Notes: generated from the sequence alone by a model not told the origin. A stretch of DNA of 32,000 bases from Psychrobacter cryohalolentis K5 (GCF_000013905.1 NC_007969.1:2460001-2492000), one strand, 5' to 3'. Numbered from the stretch's first letter, positions 1-10,232 are shown. Numbers and translations: made by a program.

Positions 1-753
1 ACCAACCACCTCTGCCGCTTCTGCATCGGTCAAGTTCTTGATGCCTTGTTGCGTGCGGAAATGGAATTTGACCCAGAAACGTTCTTTGGCTTCATTCCAA
101 AAACTATACGTGTGCGAGCCAAAACCATGCATATTTCTGTACGAGGCTGGCAGACCGCGATCACTCATAACGATGGTGACTTGATGTAATGCTTCAGGTA
201 ATAAAGTCCAAAAGTCCCAATTGTTGGTCGCCGAACGCATATTGGTACGTGGATCACGTTTGACGGCTTTGTTTAAATCTGGGAATTTGCGCGGATCACG
301 TAAGAAGAACACAGGCGTATTATTACCCACCATGTCCCAATTACCTTCTTCGGTGTAGAATTTCAAAGCAAAGCCACGAATATCGCGTTCGGCATCAGCC
401 GCGCCGCGCTCACCTGCGACGGTACTAAAGCGCGCAAACATTTCCGTTTGCTTACCCACTTCGCTAAAAATATCCGCACGGGTATATTTAGTGATGTCAT
501 TGGTCACGGTAAAAGTACCAAATGCGCCTGAGCCTTTAGCGTGCATGCGGCGCTCTGGAATCACTTCACGGGCAAAGTTGCCTAGCTTCTCGTTTAGCCA
601 GATATCTTGTGCTAATAATGGACCACGCTTGCCTGCAGTGAGACTGTTTTGATTGTCTGCAACTGGTGCGCCGTTGCTCATCGTCAATTGGGTCGGGGCG
701 TAAGGACATTTTTTATCGCTGCTATTATTACTGTTGTTGTCGCTCATAATCAT
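1..753 (-). CDS. Catalase (monofunctional, heme), N-terminal ~251 codons. The 3' end lies beyond the window edge.
   Basis: This ORF is not in the ORF track because it is truncated at the window edge. The reverse-strand translation from ATG at 753 (alternative ATG at 747) reads [83 protein letters not shown]...[52 protein letters not shown]. These are classic catalase motifs. The frame stays open to position 1. Confidence 0.93.
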   Translation of the reverse strand, partial: MIMSDNNSNNSSDKKCPYAPTQLTMSNGAPVADNQNSLTAGKRGPLLAQDIWLNEKLGNFAREVIPERRMHAKGSGAFGTFTVTNDITKYTRADIFSEVGKQTEMFARFSTVAGERGAADAERDIRGFALKFYTEEGNWDMVGNNTPVFFLRDPRKFPDLNKAVKRDPRTNMRSATNNWDFWTLLPEALHQVTIVMSDRGLPASYRNMHGFGSHTYSFWNEAKERFWVKFHFRTQQGIKNLTDAEAAEVVG

Positions 754-1058
754 ATTCCTTTGGATAGCAAATGGATGAAAGTACAAAACCTATTCTGAAT
801 AAGCCTCTAATAACATATCCAGAATAGTTGTAAATGTTTCTGAAAAACGGCTATTTTTATTCATAGTAACCTGTAAACACAGTAATCTTGCCTCGTTAGA
901 CACCATTACAACCGATTAGCATTGATTTGTATAATTAATTAATTACATGCTTTCATTTTGTTTTTCAGAATTACTCAAAATATTGTCTAACTCATCCAAA
1001 TGCTTTTCATTCATAGAGCGATCTCAAACAATGACTACCTATTGGATACATCTTTGCA

Positions 1059-1874
1059 CTAGCGCGGCATGGGACGAATAGTCAGAATTTGCTCACTACG
1101 ACCAAAAGGTCCTTGCGTATCATGTAATATCGCGCTGCTAATTCCTATGCCATCAGCACCGTATTGCTGCACGGCTTCGATTCCAAGCCAGCGACCTTGC
1201 GGCGCGCGATGCATATGAATTTGCAAATCAGTATTGGGGAACATCCATTCCAATTTTGCCATCCCCAGTCCAAGCCTTGGTACAACACCATTGGCAGTAT
1301 CGGCCATACCCAATAAATGCACCATGTCATGGGTAGGCATACCCTCTACCATGTCGATATCATTAGTCATCCATACCATACCTTTACCAGGACGGCGATT
1401 AGGTTCAGCCACCAAACGTACGCTTTCAATGAAACCGCCGGGCCAGCCTTTCATACCATCCCAAGCGGGTAACGCTTCAGGCTTATGTATGGATTTTTGA
1501 TCTTCAAGCCCTGCAATGACACTGGTATCTTGAGTAATCAAGCGCCATGCACGCGCAATGATGGCATCGCGACCACGACTGCTCATCACTGCTTCGATAA
1601 GCTCAATAGTCCTACCCGGACGGATACATCGCGTAGTCACGATAAAATCATCAAGCGGTATCAGCCCTAAAATATCTAAACTGATACGAGCAATGCGCAT
1701 ATTTTCTTGTGGTATAAAACTTTGTAATTCGGCAGTGAGCAAGCCGGTGGCTGGCGCCATATGTTGCTCATGCTCGTTCCAAGCGCCTTGCGCATGCTTC
1801 GTTGGCTGATAATAAGCAACACTACTACCATCTGCTTGCTGCTCACGTTTTATAAAAGTGTAATAAGCTGACAT
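1059..1874 (-). CDS. Thioesterase-family protein (acyl-CoA thioesterase II-like, double hotdog type)
   Basis: A 271-aa ORF with an ATG start. Its length and sequence character (GAWNEHEQHMAPATGLL..., ISLDILGLIPLDD..., GIGISSAILHD) resemble TesB-like thioesterase-superfamily proteins. The family assignment is by recognition only. Confidence 0.7.
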   Translation of the reverse strand: MSAYYTFIKREQQADGSSVAYYQPTKHAQGAWNEHEQHMAPATGLLTAELQSFIPQENMRIARISLDILGLIPLDDFIVTTRCIRPGRTIELIEAVMSSRGRDAIIARAWRLITQDTSVIAGLEDQKSIHKPEALPAWDGMKGWPGGFIESVRLVAEPNRRPGKGMVWMTNDIDMVEGMPTHDMVHLLGMADTANGVVPRLGLGMAKLEWMFPNTDLQIHMHRAPQGRWLGIEAVQQYGADGIGISSAILHDTQGPFGRSEQILTIRPMPR

Positions 1875-1939
1875 GAATGTCCTCGAATTCTTTTTAAAAT
1901 AGATTGATTAGGTATAAAAGAAAGGTAGTCTTTCTTTGT

Positions 1940-2185
1940 TTAGCGCATAAGGGCTTGCTTTTGTACCGTCAGCAGTGTGCGACTTTTAGCCATTACAAAT
2001 AGAAAGAAAGCCATAATGGCGATAAGCGCGCCATATAACAGACTGTAATCTCTCATAAACTGGGTTGCATTTAACATCAGCATCCCTATCAGGATGACAA
2101 TCGTAAACGTATTAATTTTTAATTGTTTATTGATCTCATCAAGGCTAGCTTCTGCCAAGACAAATCTTTTTTTCTGCTTTTTCAT
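1940..2185 (-). CDS. Small hypothetical membrane protein (about 81 aa, two predicted TM helices), directly downstream of ispH
   Basis: The ORF-track start at 2215 is a TTG. An in-frame ATG at 2185 (MKKQKKRFVLAEASL...) has AGGT 8 nt upstream. Hydrophobic segments are FTIVILIGMLMLNA and LLYGALIAIMAFFLFVMA. I recognise no homology. Confidence 0.5.
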   Translation of the reverse strand: MKKQKKRFVLAEASLDEINKQLKINTFTIVILIGMLMLNATQFMRDYSLLYGALIAIMAFFLFVMAKSRTLLTVQKQALMR

Positions 2186-2227
2186 TTTATGTGACCTATC
2201 TGGCGCTATATACAAAGCCTGCTTATT

Positions 2228-3184
2228 TTATTTGCCAACTTGCGTCATTGGAATTCGTAAAGCTTTTGGCAAGCTAAAGGTGACATTTTCTTCAATACCC
2301 AACAGCTCACTTGGCAAATCACCACCCCAATTTTGCAGCTGCTGTAGTACCTCTTGAATCAATACTTCAGGCGCTGAAGCACCTGCAGTCACGCCCACAC
2401 TTTGTATCCCATCGAACCAGCTCTTATTCATTTCAGTGGCATTATCAATCAAATACGCGCGGCAATTCATGCGCTCTGCCAATTCACGCAAACGATTTGA
2501 GTTTGATGAGTTTGGTGAGCCAACGACCAAGACCACCTCACAGCGACCCGCTAAATCCTTGACCGCATCTTGACGATTTTGGGTGGCATAACAGATATCG
2601 TCTTTACGTGGACCTTGAATGCTTGGGAATTTTTCACGTAGCGCATCAATAACGCGCGCGGTATCATCCATCGATAAGGTCGTTTGGGTCACAAATGCTA
2701 AGCGCTCAGCATCTTGTACGCTCAAAGCTTCAACATCGCTCTCGTTTTCAACCAGATGAATCTGTCCGCCATGACGATGGTTAAAGCGTCCCATAGTGCC
2801 TTCTACTTCAGGATGTCCCGCATGTCCAATCAATACCGCATCCATACCATCCTGCGCAAATTTAGCGACTTCGATATGTACTTTAGTGACCAAAGGACAA
2901 GTGGCATCAAACACCGTCAAATCACGACGTTCTGCTTCATCTTCTACAGCTTTTGAAACCCCGTGAGCGGAAAAAATAACAATAGAGCCGTCTGGCACTT
3001 CATGTAGCTCTTCCACAAAAACAGCACCGCGATTGGCCAAGTCGGATACCACAAACTTGTTATGTACCACTTCATGACGAACATAAATGGGTGGCTCAAA
3101 ACGTAACAGTGCTTCGTTGACAATCGCAATCGCGCGATCCACACCAGCACAAAATCCACGTGGATTGGCAAGATAAATTTGCAT
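2228..3184 (-). CDS. ispH: 4-hydroxy-3-methylbut-2-enyl diphosphate reductase
   Basis: [22 protein letters not shown]...[10 protein letters not shown]...FSAHGVS...[11 protein letters not shown]...[13 protein letters not shown] aligns with E. coli IspH from residue 1. I therefore place the start at ATG 3184 rather than the track start at 3199. Confidence 0.97.
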
Positions 3185-3438
3185 AAGAAGACCTATCATT
3201 AGATAATTTATATAAAAGCCTAGGCTTAAAGCTTAAGCCACCGAAACTTTTATTCAAAAGTTGGGATAAAAACGATACCCTACTTTAGCATAATTTGCTT
3301 TTAAAGCAGTTTATAATGAGGCATCGATTACTACTTTTGTCACCATACATGATGGTGTTTTTTATTTTTACCAGCCTTTTATATTAATTCGAATACTTTT
3401 ATTTATTTATCAAGACACAATTCACTAGGACACACTGT

Positions 3439-4065
3439 ATGACAGGTTCATTATTTATTATCACTGCCGCTTCTGGTACAGGCAAGACCTCATTGGTTAA
3501 GCAGCTACTTGCCACTACCAATGACTTGACTGTCAGTGTTTCACACACCACTCGTGAGCCGCGTCCAGGCGAGATTGACGGTCATCATTATCATTTTACT
3601 GACGTTAATAAGTTTGTGACTGCCATCAGTGAAAGTCAGTTTTTAGAACATGCCGAAGTGTTTGGCAATTATTATGGCACCTCAGAGCAAAGTGTACGCG
3701 CGCAACTGGACGCTGGTGTCGATGTAATTTTGGAGATTGATTGGCAAGGCGCGCTGCAAGTCAAAAAAATCTTTACTGATGCCATCATGATTTTTATTTT
3801 ACCGCCAAGTATCGCCACTTTACGTCAACGCTTATCAACGCGTGGACAGGACAGTATGGAGGTGATAGAGCAGCGTTTGGCTGGTGCTGTTAATGAGATG
3901 GCGCAGTACGTCAATTTTGACTATGTCATTATTAATGACAGTTTTGAGGTTGCTTTAACTGAGCTTAAAGCAATTATCGTTGCCGATAGACAGACTCTAA
4001 AGCGTCAACAGCAGCGTTATCAGCGCACGATTACCAATCTACTTAGCAATACAGTAGACGAGTAA
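3439..4065 (+). CDS. gmk: Guanylate kinase
   Basis: P-loop [10 protein letters not shown], followed by [21 protein letters not shown] and YGT motifs. Length is 208 aa. Confidence 0.97.
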
Positions 4066-4131
4066 ATAAAGCGTTGATATGTCTTAATGCTTTATCTTGA
4101 AAATAGTTATCAGCAGACAAGCAAAAAGCAA

Positions 4132-4160
4132 TTACGCCTGCAAGCAAAAAATGCTATAAT
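4132..4160 (+). promoter_or_regulatory. Candidate sigma70 promoter for rpoZ (TTACGC, 17-nt spacer, TGcTATAAT extended -10)
   Basis: TTACGC at 4132-4137, a 17-nt spacer, and a perfect TATAAT at 4155-4160 preceded by TGn. The site lies about 90 nt upstream of the rpoZ ATG. Confidence 0.4.
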
Positions 4161-4251
4161 GTCTAGCTATCCCCTTTTATATTTTTGATATTATTTTTAT
4201 TGAGTGGCGCGCCATGCTCGCAACCAGTAAAAACAACCGAGGTAGCTATTT

Positions 4252-4512
4252 ATGGCACGAGTGACGATTGAAGATTGTTTGGATAATGTTGATAATCGCT
4301 TTGAGCTGGTTCTGGTCGCAAGCAAGCGCGCACGTCAGTTGGCTAAAGGCATTGCAGAGCCGTTGGTTGATGTTGATAACGACAAGCCAACAGTATTGGC
4401 ATTACGTGAAATCGCTGCTGGTAAAATTACCCGTGATATTTTAAATCAGCCAGAGCATAACTTTGCTACTAGCTCGTTAGATTTAGCATTGTCAGGCGAT
4501 CATAGCTTCTAA
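4252..4512 (+). CDS. rpoZ: DNA-directed RNA polymerase subunit omega
   Basis: [30 protein letters not shown] is the canonical RpoZ N-terminus. Length is 86 aa. Confidence 0.97.
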   Translation: MARVTIEDCLDNVDNRFELVLVASKRARQLAKGIAEPLVDVDNDKPTVLALREIAAGKITRDILNQPEHNFATSSLDLALSGDHSF

Positions 4513-4570
4513 TAAATTACCGTAAAAAGTATGAATTTAGCAAGCATACGAGTATTGACTGACGATAGAG

Positions 4571-4595
4571 ACCACAGCATAGGCTGTGGTTTTTT
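4571..4595 (+). terminator. Rho-independent terminator downstream of rpoZ
   Basis: Stem ACCACAGC (4571-4578) pairs with GCTGTGGT (4583-4590) around a 4-nt loop, followed by TTTTT (4591-4595). Confidence 0.7.
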
Positions 4596-4857
4596 GGTTG
4601 TAATGATACTGGCTTTACTGTTTTAGTAGCCGTTTGGCTTTTAAAACCTAACCTTAAGTAAGAATTCTCCAGTTTTTACACTAGCTTATTGCTTAGCGGT
4701 TGACATTGGCGGCGATTTACGATTAATTAGAGGGTAGTCTGCCCAATTTTCAGCTTTATTCTTAAGCTCTATATCAATAGCTCAGCATTTATTCAGCCAT
4801 TCTTTACCTTGCTAAATCATCATTTAAGCAGGTAAAAGAACATAGGATCGTGACTTT

Positions 4858-7044
4858 ATGATTCAAAACTTGCCCAAACTCAGTCATCCGTTAGTTGATG
4901 ACGCTCAATATAACCTGCTGCGTTCAGTAGGTTACCTCACGGGCGCTGAACGCCGTGATATTGTTGATGCCTGTGAGTTCGGTGATGTTGCGCATATTAA
5001 AGACAAGCGCAAGTCAGGAGAGCCTTATATCACGCATCCGATTGCGGTCGCTGAGATACTAGCCGGCTTTCGCTTAGATCGAGATACCATCATTGCGGCA
5101 ATTTTGCATGATACGGTTGAAGATACGGAAGTGAGCGATGAGCAGATAGAGCAGCGTTATGGCAAAGTGGTTTCTAGGCTGGTCGATGGTGTGACCAAAT
5201 TAAAATCATCGACGCATAATAAACAAGAAAATAAAGCGGCGACCTTTCATAAAATCCTAACGGCTACCCTCGCAGACCCACGTGTATTGATTATCAAGCT
5301 TGCTGACCGTTTGCACAATATGTCGACCCTAGATGCGGTACGTCCTGAAAAACAACGTACCACCGCTCAAGAAACTTTAGATTTTTATGTGCCCTTTGCA
5401 CGGCTCATGGGTCTCAACGATATTGCTGATTATATCGAGGTACTTTGTTATCGCAATCTTAACTCTGAGATGTATAACAAGATCTCTGATAAATTGCTAC
5501 AACATGGGCTTGGGCGCAATTTTCAGAGAGAAGCCATTCATCGTTATTTAAGTATTGTTCTCAATAATCTTGATCTTGATGGCATGGTTAAAGTCTTAGA
5601 CAATCGCGTGGTTATCTTCCGACAATTTTTCCGTAATCGCGGCGAGATTAATGCACTGCTACGCCATTACGCATTTGAGATTGTGCTAGATAATATCGAA
5701 GCTTGTGACAAACTTGCCTACTATCTCATTAAAAAATATCAAATTGCGGACAGTCATATCGCGGACAATATCCGCAGACCTTTACCTGGCGGCAATCAAT
5801 CGCTGACGCTTATCTACGAGCGCGACAATGATTTTGTTAAAGTAACGATTTTGACTAAGCAGATGCAAAGTGCTGCAAGGCTTGGGGTTATTGGTGCAGA
5901 GCATGCCTCTGATGTCAGTCAATCAGTCATTCAGGCGTCATTACGCAATATGAAAGATTTGGTCGATGAGGACTGTTTAAACGAAGGCAATCCTGATTTT
6001 GCCACCGCGGTATCAACCATTAATGAGCTGATGGATTACCTGCATTCTAGCAAAATTATCTGTTATAGCCCGCAAGGTCGCGCTTATGAGTTGCCACAAG
6101 GTGCGACTGCGCTAGACTTTGCTTATGCTGTTGGTCCGATGGTTGGCAATGTCGCGGTTGGCGCTAATATTGATAAAAAACATGCCAAGCTTGGGACGGT
6201 AGTCAAAAATGGACAGTTAGTAGAAATCGAGGTTAATAGCCATTCTGAGCCAAAAGCAGAATGGCTTGGGTTTGTGGTTACTAATAAAGCCCGTGTAGAG
6301 ATTTTGCGTTGGTTCAAAGATTTATCGGCGGCTGATAAGCAGCACCATGGTAGACAAGCACTAGATCGCGCACTGAAAACTTATCAAAAAAGCTTGGACG
6401 ATCTAACCGATAGTGACTGGAAGAATCTAACAGAATGGCGTGGACTGACTGAGAAATCAGCGCTATTTGAGCAAATAAGCTCCGGTACGTTGTTACCGCA
6501 ACTCGTGGTCACGCGTTTGTTTAGCGATGAAGTCTGTGATATCCAATCGCAAGAACGTATCGATGACATGACCCAACCACAGCAACTGATCGTCAATGCT
6601 TCAGGCGTTGAGCTTGATTTTGCCAATTGTTGCCATCCGATTTATGGTGATCCTATCGTTGGACATTTATCCCGTCATGGTCTGGTCGTGCATCGACATA
6701 AGTGCTTTTCACTAGACGATATTCGTAAAGACAATCCCTATCAAGTCATCCAATTACGTTGGCGCAATGATAAGGCGATCAAGCAAAGTGACTCAGAAGA
6801 TCACGATAATAAAATTCGTTTTCCTGCTTATTTAAAACTGTCTATAGCACTGAGCGACGAGCAAATCAGTAAAGTTATTTATAATCTGCGGCAGTTAAAT
6901 ATAGGGGTTGAAAAGGTCGACGTACGTAGCAATGATACTATCATTCATATTGTTGTTCGTAGTCGCAATCACTTAGCCCAAGGTATTCGTGAACTACGCT
7001 CCTTACTTGGTTTCCCCAATATTATGCGTTTATATCAACTATAA
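4858..7044 (+). CDS. spoT: RelA/SpoT-homolog long RSH protein. The HD (p)ppGpp hydrolase domain is intact, the synthetase-domain motifs are degenerate, and TGS, zinc-finger and ACT/RRM regions are present.
   Basis: Hydrolase motifs HPIAVAEIL, LHDTVEDT and KLADRLHNM are present. The TGS-like segment is YSPQGRAYELPQGATALDFAYAVG. The Cys/His motif is CCHPIYGDPIVGHLSRHGLVVHRHKC. The synthetase motifs are replaced (see findings). Confidence 0.93.
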   Translation: MIQNLPKLSHPLVDDAQYNLLRSVGYLTGAERRDIVDACEFGDVAHIKDKRKSGEPYITHPIAVAEILAGFRLDRDTIIAAILHDTVEDTEVSDEQIEQRYGKVVSRLVDGVTKLKSSTHNKQENKAATFHKILTATLADPRVLIIKLADRLHNMSTLDAVRPEKQRTTAQETLDFYVPFARLMGLNDIADYIEVLCYRNLNSEMYNKISDKLLQHGLGRNFQREAIHRYLSIVLNNLDLDGMVKVLDNRVVIFRQFFRNRGEINALLRHYAFEIVLDNIEACDKLAYYLIKKYQIADSHIADNIRRPLPGGNQSLTLIYERDNDFVKVTILTKQMQSAARLGVIGAEHASDVSQSVIQASLRNMKDLVDEDCLNEGNPDFATAVSTINELMDYLHSSKIICYSPQGRAYELPQGATALDFAYAVGPMVGNVAVGANIDKKHAKLGTVVKNGQLVEIEVNSHSEPKAEWLGFVVTNKARVEILRWFKDLSAADKQHHGRQALDRALKTYQKSLDDLTDSDWKNLTEWRGLTEKSALFEQISSGTLLPQLVVTRLFSDEVCDIQSQERIDDMTQPQQLIVNASGVELDFANCCHPIYGDPIVGHLSRHGLVVHRHKCFSLDDIRKDNPYQVIQLRWRNDKAIKQSDSEDHDNKIRFPAYLKLSIALSDEQISKVIYNLRQLNIGVEKVDVRSNDTIIHIVVRSRNHLAQGIRELRSLLGFPNIMRLYQL

Positions 7045-7210
7045 ATACTTTTATCATCATAACTGTTAAAATATATGCCTTTTAAATTATCTCTTAACAC
7101 ATAGATGATTTTGAAATGTGTAAAACTTTTAATCGTGCTAAACACTTCTACTAACTTTTAGAAAATAGCTTTAGCACATCAAACACCAAAAAATATGATA
7201 AGGATATATC

Positions 7211-7591
7211 ATGACACGTCAAACCATCCAAACGGATAAAGCACCTGCAGCCGTTGGCACTTACTCACAAGCGGTAAAAGTTGGCAATACTGTTTATATT
7301 TCAGGTCAGCTAGGTTTTGACCCTATCACCATGGAACTAAAAGAAGGGTTTGATGCACAAGCGAAGCAAGTATTTGAAAACATCAAAGCCATTTGTGAAG
7401 CTGCTGGTGGCAGCTTAAATGACGTGGTCAAATTCAATGTATCGTTAACTGATTTAAATGATTTTGCAGCATTAAACGAAGTATTCATGGCCAATTTGAC
7501 TGAACCTTATCCTGCCCGCGCAGCGGTGCAAGTAGCGGCATTGCCTAAAGGTGGCGTGGTCGAAATTGAGTCTATTCTATATATTGAATAA
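7211..7591 (+). CDS. ridA: RidA/YjgF-family reactive intermediate (enamine/imine) deaminase
   Basis: 126 aa. APAAVGTYSQAV...VYISGQLG...PARAAVQVAALPKGGVVEIE is the typical YjgF/RidA signature. Confidence 0.93.
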   Translation: MTRQTIQTDKAPAAVGTYSQAVKVGNTVYISGQLGFDPITMELKEGFDAQAKQVFENIKAICEAAGGSLNDVVKFNVSLTDLNDFAALNEVFMANLTEPYPARAAVQVAALPKGGVVEIESILYIE

Positions 7592-7640
7592 GTTAGATAT
7601 TCAATACTGCTTGAATAACAATATTTCATATTAGATCACC

Positions 7641-7667
7641 ATAAGCTTAGCCTCATGCTAAGCTTAT
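7641..7667 (+). terminator. Strong hairpin between ridA and priA (possible terminator or attenuator, no clear U-tract)
   Basis: A perfect 11-bp inverted repeat, ATAAGCTTAGC (7641-7651) with GCTAAGCTTAT (7657-7667), around a 5-nt loop. The following sequence is TCGTCTC, which is not a T-run. Confidence 0.35.
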
Positions 7668-7726
7668 TCGTCTCTCCCTCTTTATTTTTATTTCATATTG
7701 ACTTAATCAAACTGCGAAGCCTTTTT

Positions 7727-10036
7727 ATGTTGGTACAAGTTGCTCTGCCCGTGCCCCTTTATCGGGTATTTGACTATAGCCTACCGTCCGATATAAGTGC
7801 TTTGCCAAATGCTTCGCCAAACAATAGCTCAATACAACTGCCGCAAATTGGCAGTCGTGTTGAGGTGTCCTTTGGTCGTCAGACTTTAATCGGAATCGTG
7901 GTTGCTCATATTGCGCAAGCGGATACCAGCGTACCACTCAATAAGCTGAAACCCATTAATAAGTGTTTAGATGCTGAGTCTATTTTAGATAACAGCTTGC
8001 TAAAGCTCGCCTATTGGCTTGCTCGTTATTATCATTATCCGCTTGGTGAGGTGTTAGCGGTCATCTTGCCCACCTTGGTTCGTCAAGGTAAACCGCTAGA
8101 TTTACTCATTACCCATTGGCGAATTCTGCCACATATCACTGATGACGACTTTCGTACTAACGCCAAAAAGCAAAAGCAGCAGTTTGATATGCTAAAGCTA
8201 CATGGTCAACATGGTGCAAGTGAAGATGTACTATTATTAGAAGGTATGGAGCGTGCTTTTTTAAAAACACTAGAAGATAAGGGTTTGATTGAGCGCTATA
8301 TTCAACCAAAACAAGCACCTACCTCTGTCAAATTGGCAAAAATGCCCCTTGATCTCAATGAGGAGCAACAGCTTGCCGTTGCAGCGATTGTTGCTGCACA
8401 TGAATCCAAATGCTATACGGGCTTTTTATTAAATGGCATTACCGGCAGTGGCAAGACTGAAGTCTATCTACAAGCCATGCAAGCAGTATTGGAGGCTGGC
8501 AAGCAAGTGCTTATTTTAGTGCCTGAGATTGGGTTAACGCCACAGACGCGTGCGCGTTTTGCCAGTCGCTTCGCTGCGCATATCGTCTTGCTACATTCTG
8601 GTATGAACAATACTCATCGATTGCAAGGTTGGCAAGATTGCCGTACGGGTCACGCACAAATCATTATCGGTACGCGTTCGGCAGTACTATATCCGTTTGC
8701 AGATTTAGGCTTAATTGTCGTTGATGAAGCGCATGATGGCTCCTATAAACAGCAGGATACCTTGCGCTATCATGCTGCTGATGTCGCACTTTATCGAGGA
8801 TTCCAAGCCAAAATACCGGTGGTCCTTGGTACGGCTACCCCTTCTCTTGAACATTTAAAATTAGTCGATGAGGGCAAGCTAGTAGAGTGTCAATTATCGA
8901 CGCGCCCTGGCAATGCTAAACCTGCGCCCATGCAGCTGATTGATGCGCGCTTGCAAAGTACTCATCAGCAAACGCAAGATGATGGCGCGCGCTATGATAC
9001 CGGACTGACGGATGCACTTATCGGCGCCATAAGGCAAACCCTAGAAGCTGGCGATCAAGTTTTGATATTTTTAAACCGTCGCGGCTATGCGCCTGTTTTA
9101 TTATGCGAGGCGTGTGGTTGGCAGGCAGATTGTCCGCGCTGCGACGCGCATTTAACCGTTCATTATAATAATCAAGCCCAGCGTAGCAATTATTCAAGCA
9201 ACTCTTATTTAAAATGCCATCATTGTGATTGGCAAGCCTATATTCCGACTGTATGCCCTGATTGTGGCAGTCAAAATCTAGATGCCAAAGGGATGGGAAC
9301 AACAAGGCTAAGCGAAAATTTGCACGCTATCTTTGCCAATCCGCAAACCAGTAAAGCGCTTTATCCCATTATTCAAATTGATCGTGATACCACTAGGCGT
9401 AAAGACAGCTGGGAAAATATCTATCAGCGTATTAATGCAGGAAATCCTGCCATATTGGTCGGTACACAAATGGTTGCCAAAGGTCATCATTTTCCCAATG
9501 TCACGCTCGTTTGCTTACCCAACGCTGATCGTGGCTTTTTGTCTGCAGACTTTCGCTCGCCAGAGCATACTGCCCAATTGATGATCCAAGTAGCGGGGCG
9601 TGCAGGACGCGGGGATAAATCAGGACGGGTATTGATTCAAACGCTGCAACCGGACAATGCGTTATTATTAAAATTGGTGAAAGACGGTTATTTGTCTTTT
9701 GCTCGTGAGCTGTTGCAAGAGCGTAAAATGATGGGACTGCCCCCTCATAGTCATGCTGCGCTGATACGCTGCGAAGGTAAAACTCTTGCTGCCACCACAC
9801 AAGCACTCAAAGATGCCATTGCCGTTCTGCCAACAGGGCACAATTTAGCCGTTCTTGGTCCTATCGATGCGCCCATGAGTAAAAAGAACAGTCGCTATCA
9901 TGCCCAGCTTTTGCTATTGGCCAAGGATCGTCAGCAACTGCATCATGTTTTAAATCATTGGTGGCAACCTGTCCTTACCCTACCGAGCGCTAAATATCTT
10001 AAGCTTACTTTAGATATTGACCCTGTCGGCTGGTAA
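7727..10036 (+). CDS. priA: Primosomal protein N' (replication restart helicase PriA)
   Basis: MLVQVALPVPLYRVFDYSLP is the conserved PriA N-terminus. Walker A is GITGSGKTEVY and the DEAH-like box is VVDEAHD. The Cys-rich zinc region is CEACGWQADCPRCDAHL...CHHCDW...CPDCGS. The track start at 7655 lies inside the 7641-7667 hairpin and adds a non-conserved extension, so I use ATG 7727. Confidence 0.95.
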   Translation: MLVQVALPVPLYRVFDYSLPSDISALPNASPNNSSIQLPQIGSRVEVSFGRQTLIGIVVAHIAQADTSVPLNKLKPINKCLDAESILDNSLLKLAYWLARYYHYPLGEVLAVILPTLVRQGKPLDLLITHWRILPHITDDDFRTNAKKQKQQFDMLKLHGQHGASEDVLLLEGMERAFLKTLEDKGLIERYIQPKQAPTSVKLAKMPLDLNEEQQLAVAAIVAAHESKCYTGFLLNGITGSGKTEVYLQAMQAVLEAGKQVLILVPEIGLTPQTRARFASRFAAHIVLLHSGMNNTHRLQGWQDCRTGHAQIIIGTRSAVLYPFADLGLIVVDEAHDGSYKQQDTLRYHAADVALYRGFQAKIPVVLGTATPSLEHLKLVDEGKLVECQLSTRPGNAKPAPMQLIDARLQSTHQQTQDDGARYDTGLTDALIGAIRQTLEAGDQVLIFLNRRGYAPVLLCEACGWQADCPRCDAHLTVHYNNQAQRSNYSSNSYLKCHHCDWQAYIPTVCPDCGSQNLDAKGMGTTRLSENLHAIFANPQTSKALYPIIQIDRDTTRRKDSWENIYQRINAGNPAILVGTQMVAKGHHFPNVTLVCLPNADRGFLSADFRSPEHTAQLMIQVAGRAGRGDKSGRVLIQTLQPDNALLLKLVKDGYLSFARELLQERKMMGLPPHSHAALIRCEGKTLAATTQALKDAIAVLPTGHNLAVLGPIDAPMSKKNSRYHAQLLLLAKDRQQLHHVLNHWWQPVLTLPSAKYLKLTLDIDPVGW

Positions 10037-10232
10037 CGCAAATTTGCGAGTTATTGCTAGCATAATCATTTGTCGCATTACTCTTTTATCTTTACTTCGT
10101 CAGTACAGTTTCTAATATTTGACTATGATAAATTTACAATAACAAGTTGATCATTGTTATCAAAAACCATCCTACCTTATGTAGAGTAGATATTGCTCAT
10201 CAAATCCATTATCAGCAAAATTGAGTGTTGTT

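Noticed and set aside
7655-7726. N-terminally extended starts in the ORF track: priA 7655, trmB 15853 (TTG), yhbY 26251 (GTG), CHAP-like 28532, lpxC 30498, ispH 3199, recA 17743, CDF 10221 (TTG) and the small ORF 2215 (TTG).
   Set aside because: In each case an internal ATG reproduces the conserved family N-terminus or a proper signal peptide. The added residues are non-conserved or overlap hairpins and promoter-like sequence.
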